IMG/VR virus record: IMGVR_UViG_3300045988_023202
Location: 1-36,441 of that record
Strand: one strand, 5' to 3'
Length of the DNA stretch: 36,441 nucleotides
DNA from: a virus
The notes below the pieces were generated by a model. It was not told the origin of the DNA and ran no database searches. It saw only the letters and a list, made by a program, of their open reading frames with translations. Shown in pieces: positions 1 through 8,044 of the stretch (its first letter is position 1; the number at the start of each line of letters is the position of its first letter). A program made the translations under genes and the position numbers.

Positions 1-77
1 ACTCATCCGAATTTTGGTTATAGCATGTCCGCACTTCGCAATAGTGCTCCCTATTTATGATCTTTGGCGGGTCCCAA
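1..77. repeat. Terminal direct repeat, copy 1 (identical to 36365-36441)
   Basis: The first 77 nt match the last 77 nt letter for letter. The repeat lies inside a continuous ORF, which fits an assembly overlap of a circular or permuted genome. Confidence 0.95.
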
Positions 78-262
78 CCCCAGGATAACGCCTCCCACAT
101 TGCAATTAAATATGGGTTGCTATCATTAGCTATTCTATTACCCGGTACTTTATCTATCATATTACACCCGCCGCAAAACGGCTCTACATAATATTGGCCA
201 TCTTTTCTACCTTCTAATATAATAGGTAAAATATGTTTGGCTATCCGCGACTTACTACCCAT
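1..262 (-). CDS. dam: N6-adenine DNA methyltransferase (D12/Dam class), N-terminal part. Continues in frame into 35907-36441 across the circular junction.
   Basis: ATG at 262. My translation is MGSKSRIAKHILPII...YVEPFCGGCN, which has the FxGxG AdoMet motif. Position 34 corresponds to 36398 and is in frame (262-34=228). Confidence 0.85.
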   Translation of the reverse strand, partial: MGSKSRIAKHILPIILEGRKDGQYYVEPFCGGCNMIDKVPGNRIANDSNPYLIAMWEALSWGWDPPKIINREHYCEVRTCYNQNSDE

Positions 263-267
263 GTATA

Positions 268-1641
268 TCATACTCTATATTTTTTAATTAGTTCCTTAAC
301 CATGTCCATAAGCCCGTTTTGCGTGTCCGCTTTCCCGGTCAATGCTCCAATAACCCTTTCGTCAATTGTACCCCGCGTTATGATGTGATGGACAAACACG
401 CTGTTCTTCTGTCCCTGCCTCCATAAGCGGGCGTTGAACTGCTGGTATAGTTCCAGGCTCCAGGTAGTACCGTACCATATTATACGGTTGCCTCCCTTCT
501 GCATGTTGAGGCCATGCCCCGCGCTAGCCGGGTGTGTCACTAGGACGGGTATTTTCCCCTCGTTCCACCTGCGTACGCTATCCACGCCTTCCAGCGCTTC
601 CGCTCCAAAACCCTTGAGGGCTTCCAGTATACGCGCCTTCTCGTGTTGGAAGTTGTACGCTACTAACACGGGAGATCCGTTCGCGGCTTCCACCATTTCT
701 ACCAGCGTTTCCAGTTTTTCGTTGTGTACCTCGTGCACCCGCCGGTCTGCGTCATAGATCGCACCGCCTGCGAACTGAAGGAGTTTGTTTGATAGGGCCG
801 CGGCGCTTAACGCTGTGATCTCTTCCTCCTGCATAAGTTGGAGTACCTGGTCCTCTTCAAACTTATCGTACTGCTTCTTCACCTTTGGCGACAACTCTAC
901 GTAGTTGTTTAGGTATGTAAGTTCCGGCATATCCAGGAAGTCCAGGGCTTTCATCGATAATGTGATGTCGGCTATCTTCTCGCCCAATACCGCCTCGGTC
1001 GTTGCAAGCGGTTTGTACTCGTAAACTATCCCGCCGTTTTGCGCGCCTGGTCTGAAGTAGTTGGCCCGGTAATCGGTGATCGTCTTTCCTAACCGTTGCC
1101 CGCCATCGACTAAATACATTTGCGCCCATAGGTCAATAAGTCCGTTTGGCGCGGGCGTTCCTGTCAGACCCACCACCCGGCTAACACTCCGGCGTATGAT
1201 CTTTGCCGCCTTGAATCGTTTAGACTGATGGTTCTTGAAACTGCTCAATTCGTCCAGTACCAGCATATCGTAGGGAACTTTAGAACCGCCCCACATTTGC
1301 AGGAGCCATACGAGATTGTCCCGGCTCACTGTGTAAACGTCAGCGTCAGCCCTTGCTGCGATCTCGCGTTGCTTCGCCGTGCCTTTAATGACTGACAAAC
1401 GAAGGTGCCGGATATGCGCCCAGTTCTCAATCTCATCGCCCCAAGTCATTTCCGCTACGCGCTTGGGGGCTACTATAAGCACCTTAGTCACCTCGAACTC
1501 GTTTATTAGATCGGCTACGGCCGTCAGCGTGCTCACCGTCTTTCCTAGTCCCATATCGAGGAATAGAGCCGCGTCGGGGTGGTCCTTGATATGCTGGACG
1601 GCGGTACGCTGATAGCCGTGTAAATTACTCCTCTGTAACAT
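268..1641 (-). CDS. SNF2-family (DEAD/DEAH-box) helicase
   Basis: Walker A is LDMGLGKT and motif II is VLDELS. TGTP and the C-terminal helicase motifs (GLNMQ, QQFNARLWRQGQ) are present. Confidence 0.9.
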   Translation of the reverse strand: MLQRSNLHGYQRTAVQHIKDHPDAALFLDMGLGKTVSTLTAVADLINEFEVTKVLIVAPKRVAEMTWGDEIENWAHIRHLRLSVIKGTAKQREIAARADADVYTVSRDNLVWLLQMWGGSKVPYDMLVLDELSSFKNHQSKRFKAAKIIRRSVSRVVGLTGTPAPNGLIDLWAQMYLVDGGQRLGKTITDYRANYFRPGAQNGGIVYEYKPLATTEAVLGEKIADITLSMKALDFLDMPELTYLNNYVELSPKVKKQYDKFEEDQVLQLMQEEEITALSAAALSNKLLQFAGGAIYDADRRVHEVHNEKLETLVEMVEAANGSPVLVAYNFQHEKARILEALKGFGAEALEGVDSVRRWNEGKIPVLVTHPASAGHGLNMQKGGNRIIWYGTTWSLELYQQFNARLWRQGQKNSVFVHHIITRGTIDERVIGALTGKADTQNGLMDMVKELIKKYRV

Positions 1642-1843
1642 TGTTAGCCATTAATTTAAATATCACGTTCTTCTCCTCGTCTCCCACTACTGAAACACAT
1701 TGAAACTCCGGAATATCAGCCGCGATGCACCTCGGGGTATTCATGTCCCACCCGACCGTATAAAATATGCAGCCTTTGCACGCTACGTTCTCGTCTACTT
1801 CCACCGCGGCGTATGTACGTCCGTCTAATCTTATCTCTTTCAT
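1625..1843 (-). CDS. Hypothetical small Cys-containing protein
   Basis: Intact 72-aa ORF with ATGA overlap to the upstream gene. No recognisable motif. Confidence 0.55.
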   Translation of the reverse strand: MKEIRLDGRTYAAVEVDENVACKGCIFYTVGWDMNTPRCIAADIPEFQCVSVVGDEEKNVIFKLMANNVTEE

Positions 1844-2268
1844 AACCCTAAATCTTTTTTATATAACATATCGAAAATATCATCCAGCGTGTACCGCTCC
1901 GGGAAACATTTAAGTACTTCCGCTATAACGTCCAGCACATCAGGAAATTTTGATTTGATGCCTAACAGGTCCTTCAGGGCTTCACCGCGGTTAGCGTTAA
2001 ACACTTCTTCCTTGTAAACCTCGGCTATTGTGTCAGCCCCTTCGAACGCTACGTTGTCACCCTTGTGTAGTTCCCGGCGGCTGTACTCCCTGCGTAGTAT
2101 GCTGTCCGGTACTTCTGATATTAGGAACTGTTGCAGGTTCTCGGGTAATTGCTTGATAGCGTCCCCGATCGCGTAGCCCTCGGCGGGCGTTCCATTTGCC
2201 ATTTTCGTAACCACATCACAAAACAGGTTGATGCGGTCTATCTTTAGTTTCTCGTTGAAGTCTACCAT
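1840..2268 (-). CDS. Hypothetical protein
   Basis: 142-aa ORF with TAATG coupling to the upstream gene. Confidence 0.6.
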   Translation of the reverse strand: MVDFNEKLKIDRINLFCDVVTKMANGTPAEGYAIGDAIKQLPENLQQFLISEVPDSILRREYSRRELHKGDNVAFEGADTIAEVYKEEVFNANRGEALKDLLGIKSKFPDVLDVIAEVLKCFPERYTLDDIFDMLYKKDLGL

Positions 2269-2696
2269 TATTCGATCCCTCCCTGAATTATGATTAAATC
2301 CGAAATGTTCAACGTTACGGCCTTATATCCCAGCTCGTCCGTGTACGAGAAATCTGTATTAGCCTTAACTTCTACCACTCCGTTAGACTTGAATCCCAAG
2401 AACCAACATGTGTAAATTGATCCATCTTTCTGAAAAGCTAGTTCATTGTCTAGGATCAGATCGATAAGCGTTAAAAAGTCCTCGGCTTCTTCGTATCGAC
2501 GCGCAAACAGTGTGGCTCGGTCTGTCATTGCCAGGTGATAACCGTTGTTATACAAGAACGCGTTTAGTTCCTTGACAGTGCCCACGCTCTTTGACTCCCT
2601 GCGGCCTGCGTTCCGTACCTGTGATAACTTTATGCGTCCGTTAGGTAGTTTAGATACTTCCAGGATCTCGCCGCTAATGCTTCTATATATTTCCAT
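2268..2696 (-). CDS. Hypothetical protein
   Basis: 142-aa ORF tightly packed in the operon. Confidence 0.6.
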   Translation of the reverse strand: MEIYRSISGEILEVSKLPNGRIKLSQVRNAGRRESKSVGTVKELNAFLYNNGYHLAMTDRATLFARRYEEAEDFLTLIDLILDNELAFQKDGSIYTCWFLGFKSNGVVEVKANTDFSYTDELGYKAVTLNISDLIIIQGGIE

Positions 2697-2700
2697 GATC

Positions 2701-3138
2701 TTATTTGTTTAGTGATTTATTAATTGCTTCTGCCATCTTCTTAAGTTCACCCCTAGAGACGTTAAGGGTGAATTGCCCTCCCGGGCTGTGAATCATCCAA
2801 ACCCCAGTAAATTTGGAATATTGCGCGGTGTCATCTCCCGGGTTGTTTAGGTTTACAACTTCTCTAAGGCTTGATGGCTTGTACTCCGCTAGACTTAAGA
2901 GCGTCTTAACCGCCACGTCCGCGTCTCCTAAAAATATATTCAATTCTATTGAGTTTGTTCCGGCTGCTTGTCCGGTGATCTGATAGGTTACCGCGTCTCC
3001 CTTCGTTGCTTCTATGATCTTACAGGTTCCCAGGCGGAAAGACTTAAGCGTTTTTAGACTCCCGCTTGCGGATGATACTTGCGCCATTGCGCTAACTGAT
3101 AACAAAACTACTGCTAAAATACTGATTAACTTTTTCAT
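2701..3138 (-). CDS. Exported hypothetical protein (N-terminal signal peptide)
   Basis: N-terminus MKKLISILAVVLLSVSAMA/QV has a basic n-region, a hydrophobic core and an AxA-like cleavage site. There is no lipobox Cys. Confidence 0.65.
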   Translation of the reverse strand: MKKLISILAVVLLSVSAMAQVSSASGSLKTLKSFRLGTCKIIEATKGDAVTYQITGQAAGTNSIELNIFLGDADVAVKTLLSLAEYKPSSLREVVNLNNPGDDTAQYSKFTGVWMIHSPGGQFTLNVSRGELKKMAEAINKSLNK

Positions 3139-3154
3139 ATCTTTTGGGTGTTGT

Positions 3155-3172
3155 GGCGGGTGTTACCCCGCC
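3155..3172 (-). other. GC-rich intergenic stem-loop (GGCGGG-N6-CCCGCC)
   Basis: Perfect 6-bp GC stem between the ORF ending at 3179 and the ORF starting at 3138. No U-tract follows on either strand. Confidence 0.4.
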
Positions 3173-3178
3173 GGGTTA

Positions 3179-3361
3179 TTAAATTCTTCCGTTTCTTAAC
3201 TGGTTTAATTCATTCATTTTATTTATAGCAGCTTCTTCTGAAATTTCCAAAGACGCCATACTTTTATCATAACCATCCATAACGGCGTAATATCCTTTTT
3301 TCAACGGTTTAATGTAAAACTCGTTTTTGCTGTGGTTCTTTAAATAGGCTTGTACTTTCAT
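3179..3361 (-). CDS. Hypothetical small protein (60 aa; start moved from the track's 3397 to 3361)
   Basis: The track start at 3397 lies 2 nt from the -7 box, so it would sit upstream of the transcription start. The ATG at 3361 follows the same leader sequence seen ahead of the ORF starting at 5441. Confidence 0.6.
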   Translation of the reverse strand: MKVQAYLKNHSKNEFYIKPLKKGYYAVMDGYDKSMASLEISEEAAINKMNELNQLRNGRI

Positions 3362-3399
3362 ATCTTTAATTTTTAAGTGGTTATTTCCTTTTGACATTT

Positions 3400-3430
3400 C
3401 AAAGATACGACTACTTATCGGACTACCAAA
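3400..3430 (-). promoter_or_regulatory. Bacteroidota-type promoter (-33 TTTG, 19-nt spacer, -7 TATCTTTG)
   Basis: The minus strand reads TTTG-N19-TATCTTTG, about 38 nt upstream of the ATG at 3361. Confidence 0.7.
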
Positions 3431-3475
3431 ATATAGGGTAAACTCTTAACTTTGATTTGCATTAAACGTTCTTAG

Positions 3476-3784
3476 TTAACGTCCGTTAACATAGAAGTCT
3501 ATTAATTCCTTCAAATCGTTGTACTCGTCAGGGTTCGACACTACACGTACGTTGAAGTCTAGCGCGGCGATCCGGTCCAAAATAACACGCTGTATCGGCC
3601 TTGGTTTGCAGCCTGTAGACTTGAACTCAACAAAGATAACAGTCCCACCTGGTAATAAGTACATTCGATCCGGCAAACCATTAATAAATTGGGATAGCAG
3701 CTTAACTGCCATCCCTCCTTTACTCTCGACGTACTTGGACATAGTACGCTCGAATACCTTTTCGCTAGTTTCCGTCGCCTTCAT
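3476..3784 (-). CDS. VRR-NUC domain nuclease (PD-(D/E)xK fold)
   Basis: GLPDRMYLLPGGTVIFVEFKSTGCKPRPIQ matches the VRR-NUC pattern PD...hEhK...Q. Its position near SNF2 is typical of this module. Confidence 0.7.
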   Translation of the reverse strand: MKATETSEKVFERTMSKYVESKGGMAVKLLSQFINGLPDRMYLLPGGTVIFVEFKSTGCKPRPIQRVILDRIAALDFNVRVVSNPDEYNDLKELIDFYVNGR

Positions 3785-4037
3785 CCGTTGGTACGTTAAT
3801 ATGGAGCATAGCCCCGTTAGCCACTTTGCACGCTTTCCGCAGTGCTACGAAATTCTTCCGGACTGTTGTTGCTTCCGCCCATGTCAGACGGTCGCACCCT
3901 TCTAAATCGTCCCAAACGTCCTTTGCCTTATCATACACTTGCAGTTTGTACACTCCCGTAGGCAGGCCATAAAAAGACTTACTCGGCGTTATCCGGGTTG
4001 CGCCGTCGCGCGACTTTAGTTTTTTCTTGTTACTCAT
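3765..4037 (-). CDS. Hypothetical protein
   Basis: 90-aa ORF with overlapping neighbours. Confidence 0.55.
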   Translation of the reverse strand: MSNKKKLKSRDGATRITPSKSFYGLPTGVYKLQVYDKAKDVWDDLEGCDRLTWAEATTVRKNFVALRKACKVANGAMLHINVPTDEGDGN

Positions 4038-4665
4038 TGCTATATTCTTTTAATAAAATTTCAGTCACTTCCGTGGCTGATACTAATCTAAAACCATTCT
4101 CTAGGACTAATGTACATTTCTTTCCGGCGGGGAACTGGGTACCGAAACCCACCAGTCTAACCGCTATAACTGTTCCGCGATCAAGGTCCACCGATTCGAC
4201 CATATAAAGTGCCATACTGTTCTTCAAATACGATCCGCGCACAATGTTGCCGTATCTGTTACGAAATTCTTCGTGCTGTTTCGCTATGGCTTCCTCGAGT
4301 TTCTTGTTCTTCCATTCCTCCTTTTGCCTGGCTAGTTCATTAACCACTGATTCCGGGCTAACCGCTGTGAGTTCTGTCCCGTCACATAAATAGAACATAC
4401 CCCGCGCTACTCCCGATAGTATCCGTACCGTAAATTCAGATTTATAAGCGTTTAGGACTGCTACCATCCCCAAGGTTTCCGTCCCTTCGAAATTGAAAAC
4501 TACATAGTCATTAACCTCGATCGGGGCTTGTAGCTCCTTTAGTCCTTTCGTAATTTCGGCTTCCAAGCCTTGTTTTTTACATTCCATACAATAAAATTTT
4601 ATAAGTTTAATTGGATAATACGCGGCGATCACGATAAGTACCGCCGCTAAAATAATATACATCAT
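4030..4665 (-). CDS. Membrane-anchored hypothetical protein
   Basis: The N-terminal hydrophobic helix MMYIILAAVLIVIAAYYPI is followed by a soluble domain. Confidence 0.6.
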   Translation of the reverse strand: MMYIILAAVLIVIAAYYPIKLIKFYCMECKKQGLEAEITKGLKELQAPIEVNDYVVFNFEGTETLGMVAVLNAYKSEFTVRILSGVARGMFYLCDGTELTAVSPESVVNELARQKEEWKNKKLEEAIAKQHEEFRNRYGNIVRGSYLKNSMALYMVESVDLDRGTVIAVRLVGFGTQFPAGKKCTLVLENGFRLVSATEVTEILLKEYSNE

Positions 4666-4856
4666 TCCTCCGTTACGTAAGTTAGATTAACCCGCTTAAC
4701 CGTAAATCCCGCTAGGGTCTGGCACTCGGCAATATACCGCCTTTCTGCTTCTAGGTCTGTTACAACATACACAACTAGTCTATTCTGGTCTTCCCTGTAG
4801 TCCTGTACTATAACGCCGTCCGTCGTTATAATCACCGCTCTCAATATCTGTATCAT
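4662..4856 (-). CDS. Hypothetical small protein
   Basis: 64-aa ORF with ATGA overlaps on both sides. Confidence 0.5.
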   Translation of the reverse strand: MIQILRAVIITTDGVIVQDYREDQNRLVVYVVTDLEAERRYIAECQTLAGFTVKRVNLTYVTEE

Positions 4857-4939
4857 ACGCTAGTGGTTGGCTCGCAGCACAATAAGATGAATAATACAAA
4901 TAAGATCGCCCAAAACGTGTAAACTACAAACTGTTTCAT
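4853..4939 (-). CDS. Micro-ORF for a 28-aa hydrophobic peptide (MKQFVVYTFWAILFVLFILLCCEPTTSV)
   Basis: Hand-translated and below the ORF-track cutoff. Its start overlaps the upstream stop (TAATG) and its stop overlaps the downstream start (ATGA), so it exactly fills the gap. Confidence 0.5.
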   Translation of the reverse strand: MKQFVVYTFWAILFVLFILLCCEPTTSV

Positions 4940-5229
4940 TATCTAAAAATTTTAAAGGTTGATATTGCGTGATTAAAATCTGATTCGCTAGCGCGCCATA
5001 CGGTATACGCGGCAGCATTGAAGCATTCATCCGGCCATCGTTTATCGCGAATTTCCTTAACTTCTCCGAGGGAGGAAAAGGTTCTCAACGCCTTAACTAG
5101 TTTCTGCATTTTCATTGAATCCCGTTCGAGTTGTTTCCTAGCGGGTTCTCCGAAAAACCCTCGCTTGTTCCAAAAGCGGCGGCGGGCTTTTAAATCCGCC
5201 TCGCTTAGTTCTCCTATATTTTGTTTCAT
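4939..5229 (-). CDS. Hypothetical protein (start may be 5229, 5235 or 5244)
   Basis: The ATG at 5229 forms an ATGA overlap with the upstream stop. The track start at 5244 is a TTG. Confidence 0.55.
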   Translation of the reverse strand: MKQNIGELSEADLKARRRFWNKRGFFGEPARKQLERDSMKMQKLVKALRTFSSLGEVKEIRDKRWPDECFNAAAYTVWRASESDFNHAISTFKIFR

Positions 5230-5441
5230 ATACATAAGCAACAAATTGACATTTCACATTCTTCATCATACTCATAATCAAAAAGTTTACCGTCGAAAAA
5301 CTTTTGCAAGCGGTTGAACACTTCTATATCTTCACCGTCCCACACTAATGTAACCAAATCGGTTCGTGCAAAAGTTATTTCTATATTCACACCTGCGACT
5401 TTTGATAATGATATTTCTAATGCTTTCTTTCTATTTTTCAT
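5226..5441 (-). CDS. Hypothetical small acidic/Cys-rich protein
   Basis: 71-aa ORF and the first gene after the promoter at 5482-5512. Confidence 0.55.
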   Translation of the reverse strand: MKNRKKALEISLSKVAGVNIEITFARTDLVTLVWDGEDIEVFNRLQKFFDGKLFDYEYDEECEMSICCLCI

Positions 5442-5481
5442 ATCTTTTAATTTTTAATTGGTTTATTTCCTTTTGACACTT

Positions 5482-5512
5482 CAAAGATACGACTTAATTA
5501 TGAAGTACCAAA
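5482..5512 (-). promoter_or_regulatory. Bacteroidota-type promoter (-33 TTTG, 19-nt spacer, -7 TATCTTTG)
   Basis: Same architecture and nearly the same sequence as the promoter at 3400-3430. Confidence 0.7.
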
Positions 5513-5542
5513 ACTTTTCGCAAAAAACTTTAGTATATTAAC

Positions 5543-5578
5543 AAAAATAAAGTCTCGCGTATCACTACGAAAGACTTT
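5543..5578 (-). terminator. Possible intrinsic terminator after the primase-helicase gene
   Basis: The minus-strand RNA reads AAAGUCU-loop-AGACUUU followed by AUUUUUGU. The stem is AT-rich and the loop is large, so the call is weak. Confidence 0.35.
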
Positions 5579-5648
5579 TTAACTGAAAAACCACCCTAAA
5601 AGTATTAACCTTAAAAATTAGAAAAGAAAGTATTGTTTTAATTCGGTA

Positions 5649-8039
5649 TCACAAAGATAGTAATTTTTTGCTTTCCTCGCTGCCTTTACGGATATAAACT
5701 ACTTGTGCGCCGTACAATTTAGTTCTATTTAACTTTCCTTTGTACCATCCGCCTAGCTGTCTCATGGCGGCTGCCAGTTCGCGCCCTTTCGCGCTTGTAT
5801 AATCTTCTTTCCTGCGCCCCAAAGCATCTACCCAAAGCTCCATTAAACAGAACTTGTTTTTAACCGTGTCACCGATCTCGCCCAAACTGCCCGATAGGAA
5901 GTCGGCGCGCTGCTGCTCGGTGCGCTCTTCGTAGTCAGCCGGGAAAAGCCTATCTAAGTAGTTCTCTATAATACCTACTAGCGGGCTTTCTTCTGTAAAT
6001 TCTTCACGTCCCTCGTTTGCGATCGCTTCGGCTTCGTCAGACAAAACAAGGCTTTCACCCATCATGTACAGCTCCATTGCTTCCGCCCAAAGTTGGTCTA
6101 CTACTTTTTCGAAAGATTTTTCAAACAGCTTGTGCGTGTTCTTGTTGGCGCGTACCTCGATTGGGAAGAAACGGCGGTTGCCGGTCTTGTCCTTCAAAAA
6201 CTCATCGTCATTGGTAGACCCGAAAAATACGCATTGTCGGCGGTGCGTTTTTACCCGGCGGGCGTATGCGCTACGATACGTATCTTCACGCTTGCTTATG
6301 AAGTTCTTAGTAGCCTCCACGTCCGAACGGCGAAGGGCTGACAACTCGGCTAGCTCCACGATCCAGGCGTGTTGTATCGCTTCGTATGCTTTTTGCCCGG
6401 ACACGTCCGTTAATGAATCATTGAACCAACCTTTTGAAAGGGACTGTATAAGCGTGGACTTTCCCGCGCCCTGTCCTGAATACATAACAAGCGCAGTGTC
6501 AAATTTGCGACCCGGCTCGTAAACTCTAGTAACGGCGGCAACCAGCATTTTGCGGAACGCCTCGGAAACATATATGCTAGGCTCTGCGCCCATGTATTCA
6601 ACTAAGAAATTATCAATACGTTTCACGCCGTCCCATCTTTGCGCCTCCAGGTACTTCTTGATAGGATGAAAAGCATTTTCGCTGCAAACCTTTTCCAGCG
6701 CGTCGTTTAATTTGCTGTCATTATAAATACCGTGCAAATCCTCTATGCGTCCACGGATAATTGCTACGGCGGTATCGTCCAGCGTATCACCCTTCTTGAT
6801 GTCTTTCGAGAAGAACGGCGTACGGGTGTACACGGTCGTGTCTAGGAACAAGTCATAAGCTAGCAGATCATTTAATAGTGGATCGCACTTGAAAGCATTA
6901 ACGAAGTTGCGAACGGTACACAATTTATCACCTTTGCGATCTAAGTCCCAAACAAGTTCGGCGGCGGTCTGCGCGACGCTCTTAACCTCGTCCGTGTATT
7001 CTTCGAAGTCGGCTAGATCATCGTCCACGGCTACCATATCCTTAACGCATTCTTTATCGGCGCAAATTAGCTTGTTCATCTCGCGGGTGCTGTCTTCCTT
7101 ACCCAGATGCCCAAACTTGTGCACACGCACCAAATCATAAGCGTTATAAGCGTGTCCGTCTCCAATCGGGTCGGTTGAGTGGTGTGAAAAGCATAGTACG
7201 TCGTCATACACAACTAAACCAGCCGCACCCGATCCGAGTGCATAAGTATAACGGCCGTTTTCCGTCTCCGTGTAAACGTCTGAAAGGTATTTATCTATTG
7301 CTGCCTGTATCGTGTACGAGCGGCAAAACGCGCCTACCAGGCCCTCTTTATCGCGGGGGTCTTTCGCCATCTCTTTATTAATAACGGCACGGGTATCACG
7401 TTCCGTATCAGAGTGGAACGCCCATTTGCGCACGTCGCGCCATTCTTCATTGTCTCCGTAAAGGCTAATAAGGTAGTCTGCGCTTATTGGCTCGCCTTCG
7501 AATACTTCGAATAGTCCGGTTTGATCTTTGGAAAGAGATTGCCAGTACATCATACGTTCCGGCTGGAAGGTTGTTTTATCAAATAAATCAATGCCTAACA
7601 ACTCGGCTACTTTACGCGCCGCGGCTTCGTACATCGTAACGTCCGTAACCTCTTCCTTAAACGGCATGATAAGACGGTAACGGCGTGATCCAGGGCGGTC
7701 TGATCTAGTAGTGTAGATGGCAGCGGCCACGCCCGGAAAGCGATCCTCAAAATCGAACGGGAAAAGATCGTCCCCAAAGTCTACATCTAGTGTAATCATT
7801 GAACGGGACATAACCGCCTTCTTAAGGCGTTGCGCGCCTGAAAGCTCGCCAGCCATGAATCCGCCAACGTCCTTCAATGAAGATTTAGCGGGCTTGTCCA
7901 GCCTGTCATACTCGCGTACCGTTTCATTGGTAATAACGGGAGTTCCTAGTCTTTCCAAAAATGCTTCCCAAGTCATACGTACGGCTTTCCATTTCAATGA
8001 AGCCGAAGAACCTGCAAGTGATAAAGTGTATTTTTCCAT
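5649..8039 (-). CDS. DNA primase-helicase (AEP/prim-pol-like N-terminus with a VirE/D5-type P-loop NTPase)
   Basis: LDVDF and FSHHS look like AEP motifs. The P-loop is MYSGQGAGKSTLIQSL and the Walker B-like motif is WIVELAEL. The size (796 aa) and the position beside the polymerase fit. Confidence 0.75.
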   Translation of the reverse strand: MEKYTLSLAGSSASLKWKAVRMTWEAFLERLGTPVITNETVREYDRLDKPAKSSLKDVGGFMAGELSGAQRLKKAVMSRSMITLDVDFGDDLFPFDFEDRFPGVAAAIYTTRSDRPGSRRYRLIMPFKEEVTDVTMYEAAARKVAELLGIDLFDKTTFQPERMMYWQSLSKDQTGLFEVFEGEPISADYLISLYGDNEEWRDVRKWAFHSDTERDTRAVINKEMAKDPRDKEGLVGAFCRSYTIQAAIDKYLSDVYTETENGRYTYALGSGAAGLVVYDDVLCFSHHSTDPIGDGHAYNAYDLVRVHKFGHLGKEDSTREMNKLICADKECVKDMVAVDDDLADFEEYTDEVKSVAQTAAELVWDLDRKGDKLCTVRNFVNAFKCDPLLNDLLAYDLFLDTTVYTRTPFFSKDIKKGDTLDDTAVAIIRGRIEDLHGIYNDSKLNDALEKVCSENAFHPIKKYLEAQRWDGVKRIDNFLVEYMGAEPSIYVSEAFRKMLVAAVTRVYEPGRKFDTALVMYSGQGAGKSTLIQSLSKGWFNDSLTDVSGQKAYEAIQHAWIVELAELSALRRSDVEATKNFISKREDTYRSAYARRVKTHRRQCVFFGSTNDDEFLKDKTGNRRFFPIEVRANKNTHKLFEKSFEKVVDQLWAEAMELYMMGESLVLSDEAEAIANEGREEFTEESPLVGIIENYLDRLFPADYEERTEQQRADFLSGSLGEIGDTVKNKFCLMELWVDALGRRKEDYTSAKGRELAAAMRQLGGWYKGKLNRTKLYGAQVVYIRKGSEESKKLLSL

Positions 8040-8044
8040 GTTAA

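Noticed and set aside
1-77. The 77-nt terminal repeat considered as a genuine direct terminal repeat (DTR)
   Set aside because: It falls in the middle of the Dam coding sequence and preserves the frame. An assembly overlap of a circular or permuted genome is the simpler explanation. Read-start data would be needed to exclude a DTR.
3362-3397. N-terminal extension of the ORF 3179-3397 given in the ORF track
   Set aside because: The ATG at 3397 is 2 nt from the -7 box, so it would sit upstream of the transcription start. The extension also coincides with the conserved leader seen ahead of the gene starting at 5441.
5542-5549. TATTTTTG (-7 box match) in the 5442-5648 intergenic region
   Set aside because: It coincides with the U-tract of the putative terminator hairpin and has no downstream gene before the promoter at 5482-5512. 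It is probably not a promoter.
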